Source: Antechinus flavipes (taxonomy: Eukaryota). From it: 64,000 nucleotides of DNA. The DNA is taken from positions 147,622,001 to 147,686,000 of the forward strand of contig NC_067401.1 of NCBI RefSeq assembly GCF_016432865.1, read 5' to 3'. Below the pieces are notes generated by a model, which worked only from the letters and a program-made list of their open reading frames with translations, was not told where the DNA came from and did not search any database. The position numbers were made by a program, and so were the translations under genes. Below, piece after piece: positions 53,331 through 64,000 of this stretch. How positions within the stretch are numbered: the stretch's first letter is position 1; every line of letters begins with the position of its first letter.

Positions 53331-56300
53331 GGGCTGAGGGGGGTGCTGCAGAGGCTTGGGGTGAGCTTTCGTATAGGGCAGCGGAGAGTCCTCGGATGTT
53401 CAGGGCAGCAGGTGGTGATGGAAGAGGTTGGCCCTCTATTCCATACCCCATAATCGGGCTTGCCCCTATTGCTGCTAGGGATGAGTTGGAAACTCTGCTT
53501 TAATGGGCTTTCAGCGTCTCCTCCTCCTTATCTCCACTGAAGTCCCATCTTTTGCAAGCAGCCTCTCCAGTACCCCCTTGATTCTAGTGCCTTTCCTGTG
53601 TTGATCGTCACCAGTTTATCCTGTATACGTTTGTTCGTAGTACTGTATGTAGGTTGGCTTCCCCATTAAACCGTAACCTTTTGGAGAGCCAGAACTGCCT
53701 CGCTGTCTTTTATTCCGAGTTTAGCACTTTAAAACGCCTCTTTCTCAATCTCCTGCGGAGATGGTTATGGTTTTCTGAATTTTTTGGTCTCTCTTCTCTC
53801 TCCCTCGAAACTTCAGAAAACTTGATTCTGAATGATCCAGACTTTAAGCATGAAGACTTGAATTTCCTTACCCGAAGCCAGCGCTATGAGATAGCTGTCA
53901 GAAAGAGTGCCACTATGGTGAAGAAGATGCGAGATTTTGGCATTGCTGATCCGGAGGAGATCATGTGGTTTAAAAGGTAAGTGTTGGAATTGTCGAGATT
54001 TGCGAGCTTAAACAAAAATGTACTTTTCTAATTCTTTATTCTTCTCAATCTCTCTGTGTGTGTATGGGGGGAGGGGATTGGGTCTATGCTTTTCTAGTTC
54101 TTAATATTCTATATCAAGGGTTGTAACCTTTTTATGGTGTCATATCTTCTGGAATTATCAGAATAATATTTTTGAAAGCATAAAATCAAATGCATAGGAT
54201 TGAAAAGGAAACTAACTGTGATGAGTTATCAAAAAAAATTTTTTTTTTAATTCATAGACATCAGGATAACATGTTCCATATAGATAAATGTTAAGTAATG
54301 TTAAAAAGGAACCTGCAGTAGTCTGCTTTGTCAAATTAAGTAATAGATCTGAGGCCAAAACTAAAGTTTTCACCTTCTTTTGCATTGTTATTCTTCAGAG
54401 GCATAATAATTTCTAGAGGAGTTCGAGGCCTAGGTTCAAATGCTGCCTCTAACACTCAACTGTTTGTGGACCTTGGACAAATCACTTAATGTATAGGAAG
54501 GTTATTTTCTTTCCTCTTTAAGTAAAAGATGATTGGATTATGAATTCTGCTGCCCCATCTATCTTTCATCTTATACCAGTATCTAAACTTTTTGGAGAAT
54601 TGTCCATTGATAAGAGATTTTTCAGTTCTTACTCTTGGGTATCTCTTCTTTAAAAAAGTACACTTTGTTCACCACTTTATGTTTCTTAGAGATTTAAGTT
54701 GTTCCTCATATGAAAATTTGGGGTGATTTTTTCTTTGTAGTGAACCCAGAAACATCTCATGGTAACAAGAATATTCTTGAGAAACTGAAATTTGAAGATT
54801 TTTATCTCGTTTTGTTGCAGGGTGTGAGATAAGCCTTTGTACTGTAATAAATAACTTGTCAAAAATCATGAAAAAAAGTGTATTAATGGGAAGATCATTA
54901 AGTGATAGTAAGTAGAATTGATGGAAAGTGTTATAAGAATTGAACACTATTATTGTTAGTAGTTTTTTAACTGGAATTCATTTTATATGTAGGCTCTAAT
55001 TTGTTGATAAATGCCAAACATATACTTTATTATTAGAACTCCTGTGTTCTTTGTTTTGTCTGGAATTTATTTTTATTTTGTAATAAAAGAGGTTTAATAT
55101 TTTCTGCTTCATTCTAGATAAGCAATACTTAAACTTGATAATGTTGTTTATAGTTTCTTTGATTTATGAGGGTCTCATACTGAAAGAATTTTCCCCTTCA
55201 TTTTTGAACAGTCAAGAAGATATTTATGTCCAAGACAATCCATGTTTAAAAAAAAAAATACTGATAGAAAATATAGTCTATTTAAGCTCTCCTTTTTGTA
55301 CTAGCTATATTGATTAGTTACTTTAAGATGTCATTGTATGTCTTTATTTTCTTCAACTTGTATTAACCATGAGAGACAAGACTCATAGCTGAAAAATCTT
55401 CTAAGGGAGCAAAATGATGGATCTATGAAATTACTAAAACTGAAGTTGGAAAAGATTTTGGAGATCATTTTACTCAATTACATCAATTATGTGATGAATG
55501 ATAGTCTGAGAAAGTTCAAGTGACTTGCCCCAAATCAAACAACTCTATGACATATCTAGGATGACAGATTAAAGTTACATAAAGTTCATAGCAGCAGGTA
55601 TACGTGAAAAGCATTGGCCACATGTGCCAAACACACTCTACTGTGTGAGAGTAGGCTGAAACTCTTGAGTCGATGCACTGAGGTCTGGCAACCAAGCACT
55701 TAAGGCTAATTACCAATTGGACAATACTCTATAAGCATATGCTTGGAAAATGGCCCTTCCCACTATCCTGTGCCAGCTCGATAATTGGTGTATACAGAGA
55801 ATTGTATGAGGACTAGGGGATGGAGTAAGACTAGTCAGGGTCACTTCTGGGCGGGAGATGAAGAAGGAAGGTCACGGAGATTCTGCTTCCATCCAATTCA
55901 ATCCTTACCTCTAAAGACAAAGAATAAAGATCAAGGACTTTTGCTTATCCTGACTCCCACTGATTCTAAGTTATCCAGGGTGCTAATGTGGTCATCACAC
56001 CCTACAGTGACCATCCTGATCTTCCCCCCAAAAGGAAAAGGAAAGGCTGGTTGCAAAGCTCCACCCACGATATGTTTAGACACACTTGTCTCCTACTTAA
56101 TGCATAGGTACATTACATATGGTAGATCTTCTGAATTCCACTTGAGTCTTCTTTCTACCACATCACAATTTACCTTGAAGACATTCTAAAGAAGCCATCA
56201 TAATAATTCTGATAATGTCAAAATTTTCTCCCAGAAAAAAAACATTTAAGCTTAAGTCATAAAATCTTTGCCTTTGGCAGGATTTAAGCAAAAAAAAAAA

Positions 56301-59300
56301 AAAAATACATATTGAAATCTTTTCATCTATATCTGGATTGAGATATATCAAAAGTAGTCAGGAAATTAAAAATAAGAAAATAGGAATTCAGGAGAGTTTA
56401 ATCACAAATATACTTCATGGATATTCTTTGAGTAGATTACACTATAGCTTTATTGGGTGGCATGTTAGAGTGAGATAATTTATTATTTAGAAGTGATTTG
56501 AAATTCTAATCAACTCATTTCCTGTGAATTTTCCCTTAAAGAATACATCTTGTGTTATTTATAATGTGATATATTTAACATTGTATAAAATAATACTTTG
56601 ATCTTCTGAAAGAGTCCTCTAAATCCATCCAGGGATCTTTTTACTTTTACTGAGATTTGAACTTTCTAGATAAAACAATGTTTTTAAATGTTCCTTTTAT
56701 TTTAATGACTTATGTGTTTATAGTTATGGAGTTGTTGAAGAAGAACCTCTAGATGTGAACTAGTAAGTTACATTTTAGCTTTGAGTCAATTGTGCTGGTT
56801 AAATTTTTAAAAATATTATTAAACCCTATTTATCAGGTTATGTTTTAAAATGGTAAATTAAGTACTTCTAGAGAGCCTGACTTTTTTGGGTTGGGGGGGG
56901 GGGGGGTTTGAATGAAAGATGAGATCTCCAAATCAGTCTTGATGAAGATTTATTCCTTGCCCTTGTGAATATAATGTTGTAACTAGATTCAAATAAACAA
57001 GAGTCCTCCATGTGGGAGGAAAGATCATTTTTCCTGCAAATCGTGTTACACTTGAAATATTAAGAGATCTTTTTTTTTAAAAAATAATCTTGGTGATATT
57101 TGTCAGAGATTTGATCTCATGTTATGTTAGAGGAGATTGTAAATAAGAAACTTATCAATTAATAATTCCATTCTTGAAAGATGTTGGACAAGCTAACTCC
57201 TAGTATTCTTTGTGTATTATTTTTTCCTCATACATTGAGAATATTCTGCTCTATAAAAACATTACATGTGTAATATGAATATTTGTAAAATGTTTTCAAA
57301 TGGTCATATTGAATAAGGGCTATTTGAACCATCACTTGAGAAGATCATAAGAAAAACAATTTCATTTTCTCCTATAAAGTTTTCCCAATGATCATTTCCT
57401 ATACACAGTGAAAATACACTCACTAAATTTCAGTTTTCTAGTTTGATATGTTTGTACTTGTGTGATTATGATTTTCTTTTTACCTCTTAAATATAAAGTG
57501 AATTTAAGTTATATTTTAGAGTAGCAGTTGAGAAAATATCAGTAGCTTACTATTCCTTGGATTTTGAATAAGTAGTTGTTTTCATTTTAAATGTCATGCT
57601 TTTTTTTTTAACTACCATATATGTAGATGCCTTATCATTTTCACCATCAATTTTTAGATATCCCAAAGGAATACACTGAATTATTTTACCAACTTTATTC
57701 CCTCATGAAGAATTGTGGTTGACATTTCAAACAAAGGCTTTGCAAGTTAGGTTACTACTTTTATTTGTGATGATTTCTCTCAGTTTTACATTCTTGCCTA
57801 GATTTTTATGGAAAGTGATTTAGGAATTACTAATGTCATTAGCTATTAGGATCCCTCTTGTTTTTGAGATTGATTTATGAATTCATGCTCCCCAGTGAGA
57901 TTTTGACATCTAGTTTAATTAAGTGTTGTTGGTGAAATTGATGACCAAATGGGGAAAACACATTGTATTTGGCATCAAAAGCCAATTTTTCACAACTCTG
58001 GAACTTAATTAGTTGTATAACCTTAGAGAAGTAATTTTATCACTGGCCTGGAATTCCCATCTTTATGGCATTAAAGGCATGGACTAGATGATATCTAGGA
58101 TCTCTTCCAATATTAAGATTACTTAATTTGAAATTGTGCTGGTGTTAACTCAAATAACTTTGACAGTGAATTAATTTCTATTCTTCCTTCTCTCCCCACA
58201 AATCAAGTTTGATCTTTACTGGTATTCAGGCATTTTAAGTTTAATACATCATAATAAGCAACTCATTTTATTGTTTTGTTGACACAAAAACAGGATTTGA
58301 CATCCAGAATTTAGTTGTTCAGTAGACTTCTGTAACTTTTTAATTAAATTCATTCATATTATTGGGATTGAGAAATATAGAATTAGTATAGAAGTTCCTT
58401 TAAATGATTGAAATTGTCAGAAGATCGAGGAGCCTGGTGGAATGGAATGAGCAGTGGCTTTGGAGGTAGATGGCTCTGTTTGAATCTTAACTTTGCTTTT
58501 CTGTGTGGTCTTAGGCAGGTCTTCAAACTTCACCTAGCTTCTTTAAATTGAGAGAACTGGAGTCAATCTAAATTTCCTTTATTTATAATTCTATCAGTTT
58601 GTATACTGTTTCACATGAAGAAATAAGAATGATGACATATCATTCCTGTTACCTTCCCTAATAATGGGGAGTGGCTTGATGGCTTTCTGTGAATAGGAAT
58701 TCCATCCTATTTCTTTTCTCTTCAAGAAATCCTCAAAACAGGAATAGTAATCACTGCTATTCCTTTATTCGAGTCATTATAAAGAATATTTCTACAGTTT
58801 TAATTCTTTAAATTTATTGGAGGTTGACAGTATATTTACTCTCTTCTTTTTAGTATTGGTATTCTTTAACAAAGGTTAATTGATTTATGTGATTTGGTTT
58901 TTGTGTTCAGAAATTACTTTGTAAGAGGAGATAGTTAAGATGAATTTTGTTGTTATTCAATTTCCAGGTAGATATAATTAGTCTTATGATGTTAGTGTTT
59001 AATTCTGAGACTATTAAAGCTAGACTTGTGAGATATTAGCTGTATTATTTACCTTATTAAGAATTTTTGTGTCCTATACATTTTATGCGCAGCTAGGTGG
59101 TGCAGTGGTTAGAGTATAAGACTTGGAGTCAGGAATAGCTCTTTCTGCGTTTAAATCTGGCCTCAGACAGTAGGTGTGTGATCTTGGACAAGTCACTTCA
59201 CCCTGTTTACTTCTGTTTTCTTATCTGTAAAATGATCTGGCAATCCACTCTAGTATCTTTGCCAGGAAAACTCCTAATGGGGTCATGAAGAGTCAGATAC

Positions 59301-59951
59301 TACTGAACAACAACAACAAATATACTTTATCTGAATATGTAGCTATTCTCATCATTACATTACTCATCATCATCCCTAAGCAAAGAAAAGGTAAAAATAG
59401 TTGTTCACTGAAAACAGGTGAATTCTCTGAAGGGATCTCTTTTGATCTTCTATGAGAATACTCTTTTCAGTTGCTATCTAGGAAGGATTTACTTTCAAGA
59501 ACTAATCAAAAGCAATTTTAAGAAGAAATCTCATCCTGAATTACTAACTAGACTAAGAGCAGGGGTACCAGAGAATGAACTCCAGGAGTTTTCATTTGCA
59601 GGTTCATCAAGTTATAAAATAATTAATGTGGTATGTATGGAAAATATTATTACTAAATTTGAAAGATGAAGGATGTAACATTTATGGCCTCCTAGGTGAG
59701 AACTATTTAGAGAGGTCAATATGTAGGAAAAGAATCTTTTCAGGCAGTTACTAGAGTAAGGCTGAGATCCTTTTCTTTTCTCTCCTGTAGACTACATATG
59801 ATCCATTTTGTGGAACCGGTTGGCCTCAATTACTCCATGTTTATCCCTACCTTGCTGAATCAGGGCACCACTGCTCAGCAACAGAAATGGCTGCCTCCAT
59901 CCAAAGGACTCGAGATAATTGGCACCTACGCCCAGACCGAGATGGGGCACG
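53197..59951 (+). CDS. ACOX1: Peroxisomal acyl-CoA oxidase 1, 5' part (exons 1, 2 and alternative exon 3I); gene continues past the window
   Basis: Exon 53197-53305 [26 protein letters not shown] (109 nt). Exon 53817-53976 [25 protein letters not shown]...MWFK (160 nt). Exon 59791-59951 [26 protein letters not shown]...[11 protein letters not shown] (161 nt, exon-3I type). Confidence 0.96.
55642..55999 (+). mobile_element. Solo ERV LTR (358 bp) in ACOX1 intron 2
   Basis: TG...CA ends (TGTGTGA...TCACA), near-TSD CTCTAC/CCCTAC, AATAAA 55923-55928, U5-like GACTTTTGCTTATCCTGACTCC. Confidence 0.8.
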
Positions 59952-60349
59952 GTTAGTCTTTATCTAGAGATCAGTGATGAAACCATTCAGGGACTCTTAC
60001 TGATAGTGATTCTTAGCATTAAACTCATTGAAGTCTTATTTAAAACCAGACTTTAAAAGTACACTCTTTTCTTTAGTACCTTGTCCATCTCTAATAATTT
60101 GTCAAGTATCTTTCAGTTTTATTTCTTGAATTAGTTTGTGAAGTAGTTTGTAAGAATAAGTGCTGGTGATACATCTGCCTTATATGAGGTCAGGTTCTGC
60201 TGACATTCCTGTAGTTCTCTCCACCATCCAATGCCTTAACAGCTTTGTTTAGTATTCTTCATATTGATGTCTCAGCAATAAGAGATGTTTTTTATTATGT
60301 CAGGGATGCAGGGATTGAATAAGATGTAGAATGCTAGTAATGAAAATCT

Positions 60350-61350
60350 TCCCTCTTATTTGTTAGGCCCCAGAGAAAGAGACAATCCACAAGCATTTAT
60401 TAAGCTCTTACTATGTGTCAGGCACTGTGCTGAGCCCTGGGAAGATAAAAGACAAAAAAGATAGTCCTTATTTTCATGGAATTGACATTCTGATGCGAAG
60501 GCAATACAATCATATGAGTATAGACCTATGAAATACAAGGTAGCCTTGGAGGAGAAAGCAGTAAGACCAAGAAAGGCCTCCTGCAGAACGTAGTGCTGCA
60601 GCAGAATCTGAAGGAAACAAGGGATTATTATAGGAAATAAGGATCTGATGAGAGATATAGAGAACAGCCAGTTCAAAGACTCAGAGATGGGAAATGGAGT
60701 CTTATATATGAGAAATAACAAGTAAGTCAGTTTGGCTGGATTGTGAAGTAAAGTATTATGTAAAAAGACTAGAAAATTAGAAAGGATCTAGAGTGGAAAG
60801 AGTTTTAAATGCCAAATAGGAGTTTGTATCTAATAGGTAATAGAGATCCATGAGAGTTTTTACTAAAGGTGGGGAGGTGTTATATATTGAACTTCACTTT
60901 AAGAAAATGACTTTGTCATCTTTCTGGAAATTGAATTGGAAAGGTGAAAGAACCTGAGGCATTACACTAGGAAGCTCCTTTAGTTGGCCTGGTGAGTGAG
61001 GGCTGATGACTGTGAGAGGTCAGAAGGAGTATTCTTTGATAGATGTTGGAGAGATATAAACAGAATTGGGGAGCTGGCTGGATATGGGTGGTGAGAGGAT
61101 TCGAGAATGACACCAAGTTTGTGAACTTGAATGACTAGGACAAATAAGGAAGAATTCAGAAAATGGGGGCTTTGGAGAAGAAGAAAATGAGTTCTTTTTT
61201 GGATATCCAAAACTGGACTCATTCTCTTTCTCCCAGAATATCCCCACACTTCTGAATCTTCCTATTATTACTGTCTTTTATCACCTAGGGTTGCAATTGC
61301 AGTATTTTCCTTGGCTCCTCACTCCCTCCCTTTTCCCCACGTATGCAGTC
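60350..61350 (-). mobile_element. LINE-2 3' fragment
   Basis: CAAGCATTTATTAAGCTCTTACTATGTGTCAGGCACTGTGCT; GAATGACACCAAGTTTGTGAACTTGAATGACTAGG. Confidence 0.7.
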
Positions 61351-61529
61351 ATCAACAGCAATTTTGTTTTTGTTTTTAGAGGCAATTAGGGTTAAGTGTT
61401 TTGCCCAGGGTCACACAGCTAGTTAAGTGTTACATGTCTGAGTCTGGATTTAAACTCAGATCCTCCTGACTCTGGGGAGGTGCTCTATCCATGCACATTC
61501 TTGCTGCCCTGCCAACAACAGTTTTTAAA

Positions 61530-63060
61530 AATTAAAAACAAAGGTTAATCTCCAGTTTTTATAGATCAGTGTCATGTCTAGTCAATTGTGGATAGGTCTG
61601 TGATGATGTTTCAGTTCTAGTAGTTTACTTGAAATCTCCATTAGTTTTTGAGATCTGTATTTATGTCATTATGTCATTAAGCTTCTGTTTTATGCATCTA
61701 ATGGCCAGATCTTGCCTTACTAGGTATGTTAGGTACTAAATTTTAAAGGCCAGTAGTGATATGTACTTTAGTTTCCACTATTTCCTTATGTAATCTACAT
61801 AGATTATTAAGTCCCACCTCCCAAAGAATAGCCTTTTTATAATTTCTGGCTGCAGTGATCTATTCCTGAATTGCCATCATAAAGTCCCTCTTGTTTCCAG
61901 AAACAAATCTACATGACTCAGCCCTTTGCTTAGTACTTCCTGTTCAGCATACTGTTTGCTGGTTATGTTCATATGACTTATGGAATGGATCCACTTGGAT
62001 CTTAACCATTTCCTAGATTCTTTCTAGTGAGAAACCACTTTAAGTTATATTAAACAAATCCAAAAACCTGTGATCAACTTTTACCACCATTATTTAAGGA
62101 AATGCTATCTACTTGTTCCAAAAGTGTTTCTAAAGATTTTGAACCTATTTGCCATGTGCTCTTAAGAATTTCCATCAGTCCTTTTCCCTCCTTCTCAGCA
62201 AAGAAGCATTCATCTTTCTGTAGCTGTCTTAAAATGATGAATCCTATGTTCCATTATTATTATGGCAGTTTTTGTTAATATGTCTTCCAAATAAGTTGCA
62301 GTCCATTTTGCAATTCTAAAAGCATACATTAAGACAGATAATGGGTAGGTGTTAATTGTATTAAATATTTTCTTCTCATTAAACTTTGATTTCAGAATGT
62401 CAGTAAATTTCTTAACATGTTTAGCCACAGCCTTTTCCTTGATGTCTGTGTTCAAGGGGTCTTGCCTGGAGGAAACTAAGGATCTATAGTTTGCTTATAT
62501 CCATTGGTTCCTTGTGACCTCTGAGTTCAGTCTTCCAATCTCAGTTTTTATGTTTCCTTGAAGTTCATTCATACTTCTCAATCACAAGAGACATTTTATA
62601 TAATTGGAGAAAATTTGTGTGAGATAATACAACTGCCAAATGTAGTTTTTGGAGCCATGTTGTGTTTTCTGTGTACATCAAGTGCCTTTGATTTGATGTG
62701 CTTTTTAATTTGGAGTCTTCTTTTACATTAGGAGATGGAAATGGGTTTAATACTTGACAAAACTATAATGTGTTTCGCTTTTTAACTGAAAAGTACTGTT
62801 GTTTTCTGTCACTTGTTTTTGACAATTAGTGGGTTTTACATAGAAAATAGTTTTATATTTGGATACTAAATAGTCAAAACTTGAGTTTGAAGTTTTTGAA
62901 TAAACCAAAGTCATTATAAAGGTTACAGGGCTTTCAAGCAACTTTTTCAAGAATTGCCAAATTAATAAGTTGTTTTGTGCATCACATCCCTGGGACTTTT
63001 AGCATACCTTTTTCCTCTTCACTTGATACATTGTTTTCTTGTATTTATTTTATTTTTGGT
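61530..63060 (-). mobile_element. Decayed R4/Dong-clade non-LTR retrotransposon (RT, CCHC knuckle and restriction-like endonuclease region)
   Basis: Manual minus-strand translation with frameshifts gives, in order: ENNVSSEEEKG..KSQGC, L*FCQVLNPF, HLMYTEN, QIFSNYIKM, EPMD..YRSLG, ILKSKFN..NTINTY..YAF...HRIHHFK..ER..EGG.KGL, ETEGFMMAIQE..RNYKK, CRL..ET..HITTG, YLVRQD, IITD..RHD.LIYK. Confidence 0.8.
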
Positions 63061-63064
63061 GATA

Positions 63065-63295
63065 ACAATCTGACACTTGTTCAGTAATTGACCAACTCTG
63101 CATGACCCCTGTAGCATGCCAGGCTTCTTTCTTCTCTACTAGCTCCTGAAGTCTATCTGCACTCAGGTTTGTTGCTTCCATCACACTATTTATTTATCTC
63201 ATTCTCTGACATCACCTTTTCCTTTTGATTTCAGTCTTTCCCAACATTAAAGTTTTTTCCAGCAAATCTGCAGTATGTTGGAGTGGCTTTTGAAT
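63065..63295. mobile_element. RTE/BovB-like derived element truncating the R4 fossil
   Basis: ATCTCATTCTCTGACATCACCTTTTCCTTTTGATTTCAGTCTTTCCCAACATT resembles the BovA/RTE-end motif. Confidence 0.6.
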
Positions 63296-63319
63296 CTTTT
63301 GTTTGTTTGGTTTTGTTTT

Positions 63320-63620
63320 TTAATTTTCTCTTTTTTCTTTTTCTTCTTTTAAATAATAGCTTTTTATTTTCAAAATATATACAAAAGTAGTTTTCAACAT
63401 TCACTCTTGCAAAATCTTGTGTTCCAAATTTTTTCTTCTTTCCTTAACCCCCATCCCTTCTCCAATATGTTAAACATGTACACTTCTATACATATTTCCA
63501 CAATTATCATGCTGCATAGGAAAAATCAGATCAAAAAGGAAAAAATGAGAAAGTAAATAAAAAACAAGCAGACAGCCAAAAAGGTGAAGATACAATGTTA
63601 TAATCCATATTTTTTAATCT
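63320..63620 (-). mobile_element. L1 3' UTR fragment
   Basis: AATAATAGCTTTTTATTTTCAAAATATATAC...TGTTCCAAATTT. Confidence 0.8.
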
Positions 63621-64000
63621 TTTTTAAAAATAAAATTATATTTATTATAGTTTGTGCTAACATTCTTTAAAAATAACTGATCCATACATACCATTCATGG
63701 TAGCATAAGATGTTAACAGTTATGTTTGAATCATCTCACAGAATTTGGAGCTAAAAGAGAAGGGAATTCAAGAGATCATTTAATCTAACTTCTTATTATA
63801 TATAAGAGAACTGAAAATGAGAGTAGTCAAATGGCTAAGAACTCAGGAACACAGAAGTGGTTGTTAACCAGCCAGTAGGCAACTCATGTCATCTGGCTCC
63901 AAATCAAGTGTTCTTATCCATACCATGTTGCCTGTCTTTTGACTCATTCTAGCTAAAAACATTTAGTACTTTATAAAAACTAGTTGTAAGCTGTTCTTTT

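Noticed and set aside
53654-53816. N-terminal extension of the ORF overlapping ACOX1 exon 2
   Set aside because: It is intronic, includes the polypyrimidine tract, and exon 1 already supplies the conserved N-terminus.
59090-59170. tRNA genes at GCTAGGTGGTGCAGTGG...GTTTAAATC-type heads (also near 29680, 35340 and 50640)
   Set aside because: These are tRNA-derived CORE-SINE heads followed by SINE body, with no cloverleaf 3' end.
59952-64000. ACOX1 exon 3II or exon 4
   Set aside because: No matching peptide or splice-bounded exon was seen; they presumably lie downstream of the window.

Overview
This is vertebrate genomic DNA, most likely a marsupial and probably a dasyurid; that species call is inferred from the style of the L1 3' UTRs, CORE-SINEs, RTE fragments and LTRs. 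The window is the conserved EVPL-CDK3-TEN1-ACOX1 block (human 17q25.1). It holds the last 13 coding exons of envoplakin (+), a complete intact 305-aa CDK3 (-), a complete TEN1 of the CST telomere complex (-, 137 aa), and ACOX1 exons 1, 2 and 3I (+), head-to-head with TEN1 on a CpG-island promoter. All exon boundaries were read by hand (GT/AG, phases consistent). The left 26 kb is patchily GC/CpG-rich and carries five tandem arrays. The largest is a 2.6-kb hierarchical satellite (27/30/39-bp monomers, a 351-bp higher-order unit, about 25 AATAAA) just upstream of CDK3. The right 38 kb is AT-rich and TE-dense. The most notable items there are a 1.5-kb fossil of an R4/Dong-clade retrotransposon (RT, zinc knuckle and RLE motifs) in an ACOX1 intron, a triplet of HNF4-type DR1 sites in a TEN1 intron, sense L1 poly(A) signals in TEN1 intron 2, solo LTRs, and an orphan 240-bp segment with weak parvovirus-capsid resemblance. 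No prokaryotic system, CRISPR array or RNA gene is supported. TE family names and motif calls are from recognition, not from database searches.
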